Source of the DNA: Felis catus
Lineage: Eukaryota
Reading direction: 5' to 3'
Assembly (NCBI RefSeq): GCF_018350175.1
Contig: NC_058368.1
Span: 15,378,001-15,442,000, forward strand
Length of the DNA stretch: 64,000 bases
A program made the position numbers and the translations under genes. The notes under the pieces were generated by a model, which was given only the letters and a program-made list of their open reading frames with translations, made no database searches and was not told the origin of the DNA. Below are positions 1 through 13,432 of the stretch, piece after piece (the stretch's first letter is position 1; each line of letters opens with the position of its first letter).

Positions 1-75
1 CTGTCTATAAAACAGTCATCACAATACAGTGCTCAAGATACTATTAAAGTAATGAGTTTTTAAAAACAAACATCA

Positions 76-303
76 GGGGCGCCTGGGTGGCGCAGCCGGC
101 TAAGCGTCCGACTTCAGCCAGGTCACGATCTCGCGGTCCGTGGGTTCGAGACCTGCGTCAGGCTCTGGGCTGATGGCTCAGAGCCTGGAGCCTGTTTCTG
201 ATTCTGTGTCTCCCTCTCTCTCTGCTCCTCCCCCGTTCATGCTCTGTCTCTCTTTGTCCCAAAAATAAAAAACGTTGAAAAAAAAATTAAAAAAAAAAAA
301 AAA
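76..303 (+). mobile_element. Can-SINE (young SINEC_Fc-like)
   Basis: ggggcgcctgggtggcgcag head, CT tract, poly(A); TSD caaacatca. Confidence 0.95.
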
Positions 304-636
304 CCAAACATCAGAAGCTACATATGCAAATGATTGTCATTCCTTTTAAGATAGTTATGCTGGGCAGTTATAATCATTACAATTATGCTATCATAGTTTT
401 ATATTAATTTCACAGAAAAATCAATTTTACTTTTATAAATTTTTTTCCTATTTTTTGATGCAATGTTATTTACTATGATGATCCAACTTATTTCTCTGAC
501 TTTAAGTGACTTTTATTTTTTTTTCTAAAAATAAAGACTAATCTTAACAGATATAGTGCTTAAACTTCATCTGAAGTTGGTTTTTCCACTGTTCTTCAGA
601 TAAAGATCAAAATCCTTTGTGTTATTAAGTAGATTG

Positions 637-637
<1 letters not shown>

Positions 638-682
<45 letters not shown>
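638..682. repeat. (TTA)n microsatellite
   Basis: Perfect run next to a SINE tail/TSD. Confidence 0.95.
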
Positions 683-699
683 TTAAAGGGACTAAGTCT

Positions 700-1146
700 T
701 TTTTTATTTTAAAATTTATTTATTTTGAGAGAGAGAGCATGAGCAGGGGAGGGGCAGAGAGAGAGGGAGAGAGAAAATTCCAAGCAGCTCCATGCTTAGC
801 ACAGAACCCAATACAGGGCTCAATCTCACGACCACGAGATCACGACTTGAGCCAGCATCAAGAGTCCGATGCTTAGGGGCGCCTGGGTGGCGCAGTCGGT
901 TAAGTGTCGGACTTCAGCCAGGTCACGATCTCGTGGTCCGTGAGTTCGAGCCCCGCATCGGGCTCTGGGCTAATGGCTCAGAGCCTGGAGCCTGTTTCCG
1001 ATTCTGTGTCTCCCTCTCTCTCTGCCCCTCCCCCGTTCATGCTCTGTCTCTCTCTGTCACAAAAATAAATAAACGTTGAAAAAAAAAAAATTAAAAAAAA
1101 AAAAAAAGAGTCCGATGCTTAACTGACTGAGCCACCCAGACGCCCC
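700..1146 (-). mobile_element. Can-SINE interrupted by a second SINE
   Basis: Reverse SINE; flanking repeat taagtagattg(c/t)attatt at 626-643 and 1147-1164. Confidence 0.9.
876..1105 (+). mobile_element. Young Can-SINE nested in the previous SINE
   Basis: 16-bp TSD aagagtccgatgctta at 860-875 and 1106-1121. Confidence 0.95.
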
Positions 1147-1163
1147 TAAGTAGATTGTATTAT

Positions 1164-1511
1164 TGCTACCAAATATTTGCTGTTTTTCCCATCCCACTGA
1201 CATTTAGCCTAGCCATGAAACTTGCTATGTCCGATACAATGTGAGTAGAAGTGAATATGCCAGTTCCAGACAGATGATTTCAAAGCTCTGTGGTAGCTCA
1301 CCAAGGTTCTTTCCCTGTCCCTTTTGAGGCTGGTATGTCCCAGTTAAGAGTTGTTCCTTTGATCCCAAATGAAGATGTGGTGCAGGGTCTCAATCACCTT
1401 CCTATGGATATGTGACATGAGCAGGAAATAACCTTTTATTGTTCTGAGTCATTAAAATTTGGGGGATATTTGTTATCACAGCATAATGTAGCCCACTGCT
1501 GACTGAGATAC
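1164..1511 (+). mobile_element. MaLR (MLT1-type) solo LTR
   Basis: Typical 3' end aataacctttt...gggggatatttgttatcacagca...gactgagataca. Confidence 0.7.
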
Positions 1512-4500
1512 AAGCATAGAAGGACTTGTATCATCTGCTGCCTTCATTCTTCCCAAGCACATCTTTCTTTACTTTTCCTCTCTTCGCAATTCTGATACAA
1601 TCCATATATTCTGACCTTCTCTATATTCCTTGAAAATTCCAAATTCCTTCCTGTTTGAGGACGTTTACACATGCTATTTATTCTGCTTGAAGTCTGATTT
1701 TTTTTTCCTGCATTCTACTGCTTTTCTTCTTCCTTCACATAGCAAATGTCTACTTATGCTTTAGGTCTCAGGGAGGCTTTCTTTACTTTCTCCAGAAAAA
1801 AGTGTAAAAATAGTTATTATGTATTCCATACATTCAAAAACTGAGAGACATATAGAAAAAAGGACCCACATAGAATTTCTAGAAATGTAAGCTACAATGC
1901 CTGAAGTGAAAATATACCAAATAGCATCAACAATGGATTATCTATTGCAGAGTAAGAGGTTACTGAACAAGACAGAAAATCAGCAAGGGTATAAAAGAAT
2001 TAAGCAATACTATCAACCAACTTGACTTAATTCATAGAACACAGTACCCAATAACAGCAGAATATACATTCTTTTCAAATACAAACAGAACATTTACCAA
2101 GATAGACCAGATTCTAGGCCATACAACAGGTTAGCCAATTTATAATAATTCAAGTCATATAAAATGTGTACTCTAACACAGGAATTAAATTAAAAATCAA
2201 AATAGAAAAATTCTAGAAAATCCCCAAATATGTTGAAACTAAATAACATATTTCTAAATAACCCATAGGTCAAAGAATAAATCAAAAAAGAAATAAGAAA
2301 CTATTCTGAACTGAATGAACATGAAAACACAACATATCAGATTGTGTGGAGTATTACTAAAGCAATACCCAGGGGGAAGTTTTAGTACCAAATACTTACA
2401 CTGGAAAAGAAGAAATGCCTCAGATCAATGACTTCAGCATCCACTTTAAGAAATAAGGAAAAGAGGAGCAAAAGAAAATCAAACTAAGCAAAAGGAAATG
2501 GTAAAGATCGGGGTGGCAGGGGTGGGGGGGAATCAATGAAATAAGAAATAGAAAAACCATAGAGAAAATCAATAGAATCAAATATTGATTTTTTTGAGGT
2601 GACTAAAATTGGTATAAACCTCTAGCCAGAGTGATTAGGAAAAAGAGAGAGAAGACACAGGTCACAAATGTCAGGAATGAAGGAGGTAACATCACTACAA
2701 TTTCTACAGACATTAAAAGCATAATAAAGGAATATAATGAACAACCTTATGTCAGTAAACTTGAAAAGTTAGAGGAAACGAACAAATTCTGGAAGGATAA
2801 AAATCAGAAAAGCTCTCTCAAGAAGAAATATATAACCTAACTAGCTCTATTGTATATTGAATACACGGAGGTTTTAATTAATTTACCCACAAAGAAGGGT
2901 GCAGGTCCATGTGAGAACACTGATGAGTTCTACCAAATATTTACAGAAGAAAAAAAATATCAATTTTATATGACATCTTCAGAAAACTGAAGAGAAAGGA
3001 ATAACTACCAATTCATTCTAAGAGGTCAGCATTACTCTGATACCAAAACTACATCACAAGAAAAAACTATAGGCCAATATCCCTCATGAACATAGATATA
3101 AAAATTATTTAAAATTTTTAACAAATCAAATCCAACAGAATATAAAAACTATGACCATGGGGTTTATGCTAGGCACCTAAGGTTGATTTATACAAAAGCA
3201 AGTGATGTAATTCACCACATTAACTAAGAAACAAATTAACTAAGAAACAAAACAAAATTATATGATGATTTAAATAGACATAGAAAAAGCATCTGACAAA
3301 ATCCAACATTCATTCCTCCCAGCAAATGCGGAATAAAAGTGAACTTCCTGACCCTGATAAAGGCCATCTATGAAAAACATACAAGTAATATCATACTTAA
3401 TGGTGAAAGACAGAATATTTTCCCAGTAAGATCAGAAATAAGAAAAAGATGGCCACTCTCGTCATTTCTATTCAACATTGTACTGGAGGTTCTTGCCAGT
3501 ACAATTAGGCAGGGGGAAAAAGGCATCCCTATGGGAAAGGAAGTAAAGCTTTTTGCAGCCAAAATGACCTTATATATAAAACTCCAATGGAATTGACTAA
3601 AAAAGCTGCTAAAACTAGTAAGTGGGTTTAGCAATGTTAATGGATATGAGATCAATATACAGAAATCAATTATATTTCTATATAGTAGAGATAAAATATT
3701 GGAAATTAAAATTTCAAATATTTATAATAGCATCAATCAATATGAAATACTTAAGGATAAATCTGAAAAACAATGTGAATAATTTATACACTGAAAAATA
3801 CAAAACATTGCAGAGAGAAATTAAAGATCTAAATAAATAGTTATGTTCTTGTTCAGAGGTCAGAAAAGTTAACTTTATAAAAATGTCAATTCTTCCCAAA
3901 GAATTCCCAAAGATTCCCAAAGAATCTATCTATAGATTCAATGCAATCTTCACCAAAATACCAGCAGGTTTTTTTGGGTAAAAATTGACAAGCCGATTCT
4001 TAAATTTGTATGCAGTGTGAAAAACCAAGAATAGCCAAAGAAATCTTGAAAAAAAAAATGTTGCAGGACTTGAAACTACCCGATTTCAAGACTTACTATA
4101 AAGCTACAGTAATTAAGGCACTGTGGTATTGACATAAGACTAACAAGTCAAACAAACATAACAGCATCCAGAAAGAGGCCCACACATATTTGAACAACTA
4201 ATTTTCAATAGTGATGCCAAGACAATTCAGTGGAGAAAGTACTGCTTTCAACAAATGGTACTGGAACAACTGAATATCCATACGGAAAAAAAAATGAACT
4301 TCAATCCATAACTTGCACTATATACAAAAATTAACTCAACATGGATCATAAACCTAAATGTAACACCCAAAACTCTAAAACTTTTAGACAAAAACATAGA
4401 AGAAAAATATTTGTCATCTCGGATTAAACAAGAGTTTCTAGATAGGACAATAAAAGCACAATACATAAAACTTTAAAAATCAACAAATCTGACATTATTA

Positions 4501-5108
4501 TTATTATTATTATTATTATTTTTTTTTACGCAGAAGTCATTTATTTGAGAAGTGCAAGAAGTATTGGTAAGGGAGAAGGGAAGAAAGAAAAGGAAGGAAC
4601 GGTAACAGGAGGTTAATCCTTCTAGGGAAATTTGGAGTCAGAGTCAGACACATGCCTGAGAATTTTCCCTGAGGGGGAAGGGAGCTGGGGTATGTATACA
4701 CCAACTCCAGTCAGGAATTTGTTGAAGGCTACTTTGGGAAGGGGTGGTGGTGTTATTATACTGACATTGTAATCCTTCCTCGGGAGACACAGAAATGGCA
4801 AAGTGGACTCCATAGCAAGAGAGAAGGCCTTTGGGTGGTTGACTAGAGGCTTACTAAGGGTGTTACCCAGTAACTTAACAGGAGTCCAAGTCTCCTATAT
4901 TCTAGCAGTGCTTCAACTGCACCAATTAAGCACTTTAACTTTTTTTTTTTTTTCCTTCCCCTCCCCCATGGGTTCCTGTTAAGTTTCTCAGGATCCACAT
5001 AAGAGTGAAACCATATGGTATCTGTCTTTCTCTGTATGGCTTATTTCACTTAGCATCACACTCTCCAGTTCCATCCACATTGCTACAAAAGGCCATATTT
5101 CATTTTTT
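4501..5108 (-). mobile_element. 5'-truncated felid L1 with about 410-bp 3' transduction
   Basis: 17-bp TSD caaatctgacattatta at 4484-4500 and 5109-5125; L1 3' piece 5108-4953, A-run, non-L1 sequence, AATAAA, poly(A)/(TAA)n. Confidence 0.85.
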
Positions 5109-5214
5109 CAAATCTGACATTATTAAAATTGAAGTATTTATTCATCAAAAGATATATTAAGAGAATAAATGGGCAAGCCACCTAGTGTGTAAGATATTTA
5201 TAAAGCACATACCT

Positions 5215-5413
5215 GAGGCACCTGGGTGGCTCAGTCGGTTGAGCATACGACTTTGGGTCAGGTGATGATCTCATGGGTTTGAGTTCAAGCCCTGCATTAG
5301 GCTCGCTGCTGTCAGCACAGAGCCAGCTTCAGATGCTCTGTCCTCCTCCTCTCTTTGTCCCTCCCCTGTTCATAAAATAACTCTGTCATAAAAATAAATA
5401 AAAACATTTTTAA
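5215..5413 (+). mobile_element. Can-SINE
   Basis: SINE head and tail; TSD aaagcacatac. Confidence 0.9.
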
Positions 5414-6552
5414 AAAGCACATACTTGAAAATGATCTATATCCAGAATATATTTTTAAAAGCTCTAAAACTTCATCAAAAGAAAACAAACACCTCAACTG
5501 AAAAACTGGTAAAATTTCTGAACAGATTCTTCATCAAAGAGGATATACAGGTAGTAAATAAATAAGCACATGAAAAAATGCTTTGACATCCCACTAACCA
5601 TTAGAAAATGCAAACAAAGCCCACAAGACATCATACACACTTATTGGAATGGCTAAAACTGAAACAACTGACCCTAACAAGTACTGGCAAACATGCAGAC
5701 CAAGTGGAATTCTCAAAAACTATTGGTGGAAATGCATAATAGCACAGCTACTTTGTAAACCAGCTTGGCAGTTTCTTATAAAATAAAAACACACTTAACA
5801 AATGACCCAACAATTCTACTCCTAGGTTTTTTCCAAAGGAAATGTAGACATACATTTATGCAAAGACCTATATACATTTTTATAGCAGCTTTATTTGCAA
5901 TGATCAAAAAATGAAAATACCCAAATGTCCTTCAATGAATGAATTGTAAACAAATTGTGGTATATCCATAAAATAGACTACTACTCAGCAAGAAAAAGGA
6001 ATTAACTATTGATATATGCAATAACAAGATAAGTCTCAAAATAATTACAATGGATTAAAGAAATTATGATGAGTTAAGCAAAAAAATGTACATATTGTAT
6101 GATTCCATTTATATAAAACTTGAAAAAACACAAACTACTCTACAGTGACATTTAGCAAATCACTGGCTTCTTAGAGGGTTCAGTAAAGAAGTCAGTGGGA
6201 GGAAAGGAAATAGACAAACTAAGCTCCATAAAGTAAAATTTCTATTTTTATTTTTTTATTTTTATATTCCCAGTGCCTAGAATTGTGTTTAGCACAGAGA
6301 GTGTGTGTATAGATAGGTAGATATATAGATAGATATGTATTTTATTATAATACATAAATATTTAATATAAATATAAAAATATATATAATAAAATTTTTGA
6401 GAGAATAAATATTCATGTACAGAAACATTCCTTGATTGGCATAATGATTAAGAGTATAGATTCTAAAATCAGATGCATGATTCTGGCCTGCAAGCTGTGC
6501 AAAACTGGGAGTGTAATTTAACCATAACATGCTTTTAAAAAAGCAATTATTA

Positions 6553-6669
6553 GGGAGGGAGAGGTGGGTGCGTGATGGGTACTGAGGAGGGCACTTGTTG
6601 GGATGAGCACTGGGTGTTGTATGGAAACCAATTTGACAACAAATTTCATAATAAAAAAATAAATAAAAT
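6553..6669 (+). mobile_element. Very short felid L1 3' end inserted in a MIR
   Basis: gagggcacttgttgggatgagcactggg...poly(A); 16-bp TSD aaaaaagcaattatta. Confidence 0.85.
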
Positions 6670-6761
6670 AAAAAAGCAATTATTAAAAAGGAAAAAATAT
6701 TACCCACCTCTCACAGGTAATTATGAGGATTAAGTATGATAATTCATTTTTAAGTGCCTGG

Positions 6762-7673
6762 CCCAGGATGGTTCAACATAAGAAAATCAATCAATATAAT
6801 ACATCACAGTAATAGAAAGAAGGAAAAAACTATGTGATCTCAATTCTCACAGAAAAAAGCATTTGACAAAATTCAATTCCCTTTCATGATAAAAACACTC
6901 ATAAAACTAGGAATAGAAGAGAACTTGCTCAACATGATAAAGGCCATACATGAAAAACTCGTAGCATGATATTCAATGGTAAAAGACTGAAATATTTTCC
7001 CCTAAGTGTAGAAACAAGAAAAGGATGCCCTGTTTTACCACTGCTATTCAACATGAAATTAGAAGTCCTAGCCAAAGCAGTTAGGAAGGAAAAAAAAAAA
7101 AAAAAGACGTCCAAATTGTAAAGAAAGAAGTAAAAATATTTCTATTGACAGATGACATAATCCTACATATAGAAAATACCAAAGAAGCCACAAAAAACTA
7201 TGTGCACTAATAAATAGATTCAGCAAGGCTGCAGAATACAAGATCAACATATAATCATTTGTCTTTCTATACACTGGGAATGATTACTTTGAAAAGAAAA
7301 TTAAGAAAACAATTCCATTTATAATAGTATCCGAAAGAATAAAATACCTAGGAATAACTTTAACAAAGAGGTGAAAGTCTTATACATTGAAAACTACAAA
7401 GCACCACTGAAAGATATTAAGAAAGACTTAAATAAAAAGAAAGACAGCTCATGTTCATGAATTGAAACACTTAATATTATTAATATAAAAATCTACCCAA
7501 ATTGATCTACAGACTCAAAGCAATCTCTATCAAAATCCCACCAGATTTTTGGGAGAGAAATGAAACTAATCCTCAAACTCGTATGGATTTGAAGGGGGCT
7601 CTGAATAGCCAAAACAATCTTGAAATAGAAAAAAAGTTAGAAAACTCCATGGTGATTATGGAGCCTGCTCAAG

Positions 7674-7723
<50 letters not shown>

Positions 7724-8508
7724 TGCCCCTCTTCCCCACTCATGCTCTCTCCCTAAAAGTAATAATAATTAATAATAATAAAGCAAAAAACAAAGCTACA
7801 GTCACTAAAACAAGGTGGTATTGCATATAGACATATAGTTCAATAGAACAGAATTAAGAGCCCAGAAATAAACCCATATATCCAGGTCAAATTAATTTTT
7901 GACAAGGATAGTGAGACCATGCGATGGAGAAACAACAGTTTCATCTGCAAATGGTACTAGGACAACCAGCTATCCACATGCAAACAAATCCTTACCTCAC
8001 ACTACATACAAAAATTAACTCACAATGAATCATTAACAAAAATGCAAGAGTTAAAACTACAAAACTATTAGAAGAGACGATAGGAGTATATCTTTATTAT
8101 TCTGGGTTTGAAAATGGATTCTCAGATATGATACCAAAATTGTAAGTGAGCAATAAAAGAAAAAATAGTAAGTTGGACTTTGTCTAAATTAAAAATTTTT
8201 ATGCATCAAAGGACATAAAGAAATTGAAAAGACAATATACAGAACTGAGAAAATATCTGCAAATCACACAGCTGATAAGATTTAGTATCCAGAATATATT
8301 AAAAAACCTCTTACAACTCAATAATAAAAAAAGATAAAAACCTAATTAAAATTGGCAAGGGATTTAAACAGACATTTCTCCAGAGAATATATACAAATGG
8401 CCAACAAGCACATTAAAAGATTTTCAGCATCATAAGTCATTAGGGAAATGCAAATCAATATGACAAGAAACCACTCATATCCACAAGGGTGGTGATAACA
8501 AAAAAAGT

Positions 8509-8539
<31 letters not shown>

Positions 8540-9420
8540 AGAAAGAAAATAACTAGTGTTATCAAGGATATAGAAAAATTGGAACACTAACACATCACTG
8601 ATAGAGATGTAAAATGTTCCAGGTGTTGTGGAAAGCAGTTGGGAATTTCTGGGCACTTGTTGGGATGAGCACTGGGTGTTGTATGTAAGTGACGAATCAC
8701 AGGAATCTACTCTTGAAACCAAGAGCACACAGTATACACTGTGTGTTAGCTAACTTGACAATAAAATATATTACAATAAAAATAAATAAATAAGTAAAAT
8801 AATGTACTTTATAATTAAAAAAAAAGTTAAATGTAGAATTACCATATTATCCAATATGACCCAACAATTCTCTAAGGTATATACCCAAGAGAACTGAAAA
8901 CAAGTACACAAACAAGCACAAATACATGCAAATTCATTATAGCACTATTTCCAATAGCCAAAAGCTGGAAAAAACACAAAAGTCCATTAGCAGATGAATG
9001 AAAAACCAAATCATGGCATACACATACAATGGAATACTATTTAGCCATAAAAAGGAATGAAGTGACTAATACATGCTACACCATGGATGAATCTCAAAAC
9101 GTTATGCTAAGTGGAAGAAGCCAGATATGGAAGGCAGAATCCTACCGTATGATTCCATTTATGTGACAAATTCAGAATTGGTAAGTCCATCAATAAGATG
9201 CAGACTTATCTGCCAGGAGCTGGGGCAGAAAAGAATTAGGAGTAACTGCTCAATGGTGAAGTTATCTTTTGAGGCAATGAAACAGTTTTGAACTGTTTTA
9301 GAACTAGACAGAGATGGAGGATAAACACAACGTTGTGAATACATTAAATGTCACTGAATTGTTTACTTTAAAACAGTTAATTTTATGTTACATGGATTTC
9401 ACCTCACATTTTTAAAAAGT
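6762..9420 (+). mobile_element. Old L1 (L1MB-like) ORF2 3' half and 3' UTR, containing a SINE fragment (~7660-7785) and a carnivore L1 3' end (~8651-8825)
   Basis: ggatggttcaacata...; tail gtcactgaattgtttactttaaaa...ttttatgttacatggatttcacctc. Confidence 0.9.
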
Positions 9421-10039
9421 GTTTGACATAGTTCCTAACATGTTACAAGCACTAAAGAAAAACTAACCATTAGAATTTTTTATTAAAGCCTTATTTATAA
9501 TAACTGAAAATTAGAAGCAATATAAATATGGAACAATAGGAAATTAAATTTAAAAAATTAAGGTACATCCACATGTTGAAATACTTTGCAGTCACTCAAA
9601 AACATATAAAGGATATTTAGTGATAATGGAAAATACTCAGTATGTTAAGTTCAATATTTATAACCAGAAAACCTCAGTAAGTATTATGTTTAAAAGCTTG
9701 TTCACCATGCTTTCATTCATCTCAAGTTTGATTTTAACTTTCCAAAAAGCCGAAATAGTCAATTTGTCAAGCTGTAACACTCAAAATCCACAACAATTCA
9801 AGATTAAATATACTTTTAATTCAAGTCCAGAAGCCAAGACTTGGCATCTAATTTCCAGTTTGTACTTGAACTTGCTCTCAAGCTTTATTTCCTAGAATCC
9901 CCACTTCCTTTTAAGTACCACTCTATGTTCTGCCCACTCTCAACTGCAACCATTTCCTCTTTTTCTTCCCTACCAGGAATACCCCTTACTTCTCACTCCT
10001 GACCCTCTTATTTTATCCACTATACAGTGCTATTACTTC

Positions 10040-10275
10040 CTGGTGGGACCTTCTTTAATCCCAGCTGCAGGCTTTCTCTATATGTCCACAGTTCTCTAGA
10101 GATCATGCAGGCTTCTCATTTTGTCCAGTGTTGTGATTATTCCTGCACACGTTTTATTTCCCCTGACAGGCCGGGGCTATGGCTCACTCATATTTATAAT
10201 GACTAAGGCATCTGGCAGAGTGCTCCGCTCTGATCGTAGTAGGTATTCAACAAATGTTTATGAAATTGAATGGAA
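10040..10275 (+). mobile_element. L2 3' fragment
   Basis: gtaggtattcaacaaatgtttatgaaattgaatgg terminus. Confidence 0.55.
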
Positions 10276-10622
10276 TTTCTGGAACAGATGGGTAATGATT
10301 CAGATGTCAGGATATAATGCAAACTGTTTCCTGTAGCGCCTATGTTTAAACAGACAGTGCTCAGTTCTCTGCATTGTAAATGCTGCCACATGCCTATTCC
10401 ATATAACATTCATCAACACTAAACTATAATGTCACAAAGACACGGAATGGGCCAACTGGGGATGATTTATACAATTTATAGACAGATCACCATTAGCATT
10501 TACCACTTTTCACTTCAAATCACCATCAAGATCCCCTTTCTTCTTTAGTGCACATACATACAGAGGGCTCTTTTCACTGTCACATAATCTGACCACCAGA
10601 TTACTAGACACAATCAAGTTAC

Positions 10623-10775
10623 CTTCCTTTGCATGGAATATAGAGGCTGCAATCCACAAATTCAGTATTAGTAACGCTCCTTGGTTTGCTTTATTGACTT
10701 TTCAGATTGACATTTGAATAATGAAAGGTCTCATTAGAGACTAGAAAGCTGTATTTTTTTTCTCATATGTTAAAT
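10623..10775 (-). pseudogene. Candidate pseudo-exon, 153 bp
   Basis: tctagctctgtacag|A...GGAAG|gtaact; FLVSNETFHYSNVNLKSQ*SKPRSVTNTEFVDCSLYIPCKG. Confidence 0.35.
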
Positions 10776-11194
10776 CTGTACAGAGCTAGATTAAGGGCAG
10801 ACCACTGGGGCAGGTTTGCTGGGGTGCCAAAACAGTACTGTTAACAGTAGGTGCCTGTTAACTCGTGTTTCAGGTGAGTCTCGCTTGTCTTATTCCCTCT
10901 GAACCAGATAGCACCTTGTAGATGAATCAATAATAGAAATAATAATAAATAGAATAATAGTAGTAGAGGCAGTAATAATGCACTAGAAGTTATAATACTC
11001 CTCCTCAGCTGACCTACTTCCATGCAAGTTGCATGTGTACCTACAGGAGACACCACCAGCCCCGATGCCAGCATGTTGACAATAGATTCATATAGGCAAC
11101 TGTGGTCAGCAGATTTCTGATGCCAAATAGTATCTCACTTAATGCTGTTTACTGGAGATGAGGTATCTATTTCAACATCTGACGTGAAAAACGT

Positions 11195-11402
11195 TCTTTA
11201 CCTTTATTTATTTTTGAGAGAGAGGGAGAGAGAGCACACCAGGGAGGGGCAGAAAGAGAGGAAAATGAATGTCCCAAGCAGGCTTGGAGTTGTCAGCGCA
11301 GAACTAGTCAGAAGGTTTGATCCCACAGACCTGAGCTGAGATCATGACCTTAGCTGAAATCAAGAGTGGGACGCTTAACTGACTGAGCCACCCAGGCACC
11401 CC
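11195..11402 (-). mobile_element. Can-SINE
   Basis: Reverse SINE; TSD gtgaaaaac. Confidence 0.9.
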
Positions 11403-11599
11403 TAAAGTGAAAAACTTTTAATATGCTTCCCAAGACATTCTTTGATTCCAAAGCTAGCAAAAGAAAACTGAAAAAAATTCTATTGGCAAGAGAACCAGAA
11501 AAAAATGTTTAAACATAATTTGAACTAGACTTTTTACCTATAATCATATGACCGCTACACTTAGTGAGCATGAGGGACTAATACTACAAAGAGGCAGGG

Positions 11600-11850
11600 G
11601 GTTCTAGGGAGCAAGTGTGTGGGCTCTCAAGGCACACTGGTATAAATCAAATCCCATTTCTACCACTTGGTAAAAACTGTGTGTCTTTTGGCATTTTACA
11701 AAACCTGGATCTCAATTTCACCATTTGGAAATTGGGGATAATAATGGTACCTACCACACTGGACTGTTGTGAGCATGAAATGAGATAAATCATATAAGGA
11801 ATCAGTGCTCAGCAAATAATAAGAACTCAGAAAATATTAGCCTCTTATTA
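11600..11850 (+). mobile_element. MIR
   Basis: Core ctcaatttcaccatttggaaattggggataataatggtacctacc. Confidence 0.75.
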
Positions 11851-12004
11851 TATTTGATTGTGAACTGAAAAATTATGAAAGATAGCTCCAAATAAATTAA
11901 AATGTTATGTTCTGTCTATTTAGTATAGCTTTTTATTTTATGATAGAAAAGCAGTTTCTTTCTGCTCCACTAAATAAGTGTTAACCAAATATTTAAAGGA
12001 TTTA

Positions 12005-12215
12005 ATTTTTCTTAATGTTTATTTATTTTTGAGAGACAGAGACAGAGCATGAACAGCAGAGGGAGGAGAGAGAGAGGGAGATACAGAACTCACAGCAGGC
12101 TCCAGGCTCTGCACTGTCAGCACAGAGCCTGACATGGAGTTCGAACCCACGAACTGTGAGATCATGACCTGAGCCAAAGTAGGACGTTTCACCGACTGAG
12201 TCACCCAGGAACCCC
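12005..12215 (-). mobile_element. Can-SINE
   Basis: Reverse SINE; TSD aggatttaa. Confidence 0.9.
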
Positions 12216-12523
12216 AGGATTTAAAATTTTTTAAAGGCACCAAATTGTTACCTTTCCTGAGGTACACACAATGCCTTAGTCTAACCCTGAATGTATACAA
12301 TACAGCTCCCTGAAAAATAAATAAATATTAAAGGAAATTAAAGAAAGTAACTTGCCAAACAAAACAGCAATTCTGAACAATTTTGTATATTAAGTCAACA
12401 TGACCTCCAACTTACTAAATCTCCAGCAGGCCATGCCATTTCATCTGCTGGAAATGACTAACCCCTAACAAAACAGGCCCTCTTCCACATTGTAGATACA
12501 TTATTTTTCACTTCAATTCTTAC

Positions 12524-12647
12524 CTGTTTATGACAGTGACTCTTTTTAAACCAAGGATCCCAGGCCCAGGCCCAGGCAATCCAGAAATCCAGCTCTTTGC
12601 TTGTTGTAGATCTCTTAAAGTGCTTTCTAAGACAACTCTCATGAGAC
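12524..12647 (-). pseudogene. Candidate exon, 124 bp, RGS helix 3-4-like
   Basis: tcctctcctgtgcag|G...AACAG|gtaagaa; SHESCLRKHFKRSTTSKELDFWIAWAWAWDPWFKKSHCHKQ, like RGS ENLDFWLACExFKK. Confidence 0.55.
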
Positions 12648-12990
12648 CTGCACAGGAGAGGATACAAATTAGACTGTATAATTTCATTCCTAAATGTGTG
12701 CCTATGTCATTGTGGAGATGATTCATGGGTGCCCAGGTTTGTTTTAAAAGCCTGGGGGAGCAGAGGGTAAGGTGAAAGGACACTTCCAACACTGCCTGAC
12801 TATGTGATCTTGGACCAATAACAACTGCTCAGTTTTCTCACCTGTCAAACCTGGATAACAATTTTAACTTACATATTTAGCATGAGGTTTAACTAAAATA
12901 ATGTATATGAAATGTTTTTGAAACTGTTAAACTCATGAGTGTTAGTTACTCCCGGGGAGAGCATAGCTTTCTGACCATTTTCTCTCTCAC

Positions 12991-13165
12991 CCTCCAACAG
13001 CCATATCCACACATCCACACAAACTAACTCCAAACTTTCTCTCAAGGCTATGAATCTTTCACCAGCACCCACATGACTTGACCTTCTGCCACCTTTAAAG
13101 GAGTTAGAATCCAAGACGGATGCATAAGAAGATGAGTTCATCCCCAGTTATCCTGGTCAAGATTT
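12991..13165 (-). pseudogene. Candidate pseudo-exon, 175 bp
   Basis: ttgtttttatactag|A...GAGG|gtgaga; 3' part GERFIALRESLELVCVDVWIWLLE. Confidence 0.45.
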
Positions 13166-13218
13166 CTAGTATAAAAACAAATCTACCTCTTGGGTGTTTT
13201 GTTTGGATGATTTAAAAA

Positions 13219-13432
13219 TTTTTTTTTTTCAACGTTTATTTATTTTTGGGACAGAGAGAGACAGAGCATGAACGGGGGAGGGGCAGAGAGAGAGGGAGAC
13301 ACAGAATCGGAAGCAGGCTCCAGGCTCTGAGCCATCAGCCCAGAGCCCGACGCGGGGCTCGAACTCACGGACCGCAAGATCGTGACCTGGCTGAAGTCAG
13401 ACGCTTAACCGACTGCGCCACCCAGGCGCCCC
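13219..13432 (-). mobile_element. Young Can-SINE
   Basis: TSD ttgtttggatgattt. Confidence 0.95.

Larger units (their letters stand above)
1840..6180 (+). mobile_element. Old L1 (L1M-type), degraded ORF2 to 3' UTR, with later insertions
   Basis: ORF2-like peptides (NIILNGE..FP.RS..R...PLS..LFNIVLEVLA); L1M 3' end near 6100. Confidence 0.9.

Noticed and set aside
619..876. 85-aa poly-Tyr ORF
   Set aside because: Translation of the (TTA)n microsatellite plus a reverse SINE.
12524..12647. PKD1-like or C-type lectin reading (GLMRVVLESTLRDLQQAKSWISGLPG...)
   Set aside because: Alternative open frame with only vague similarity and no support from other exons; the RGS-like frame fits recurring motifs better, though the true frame is unproven.
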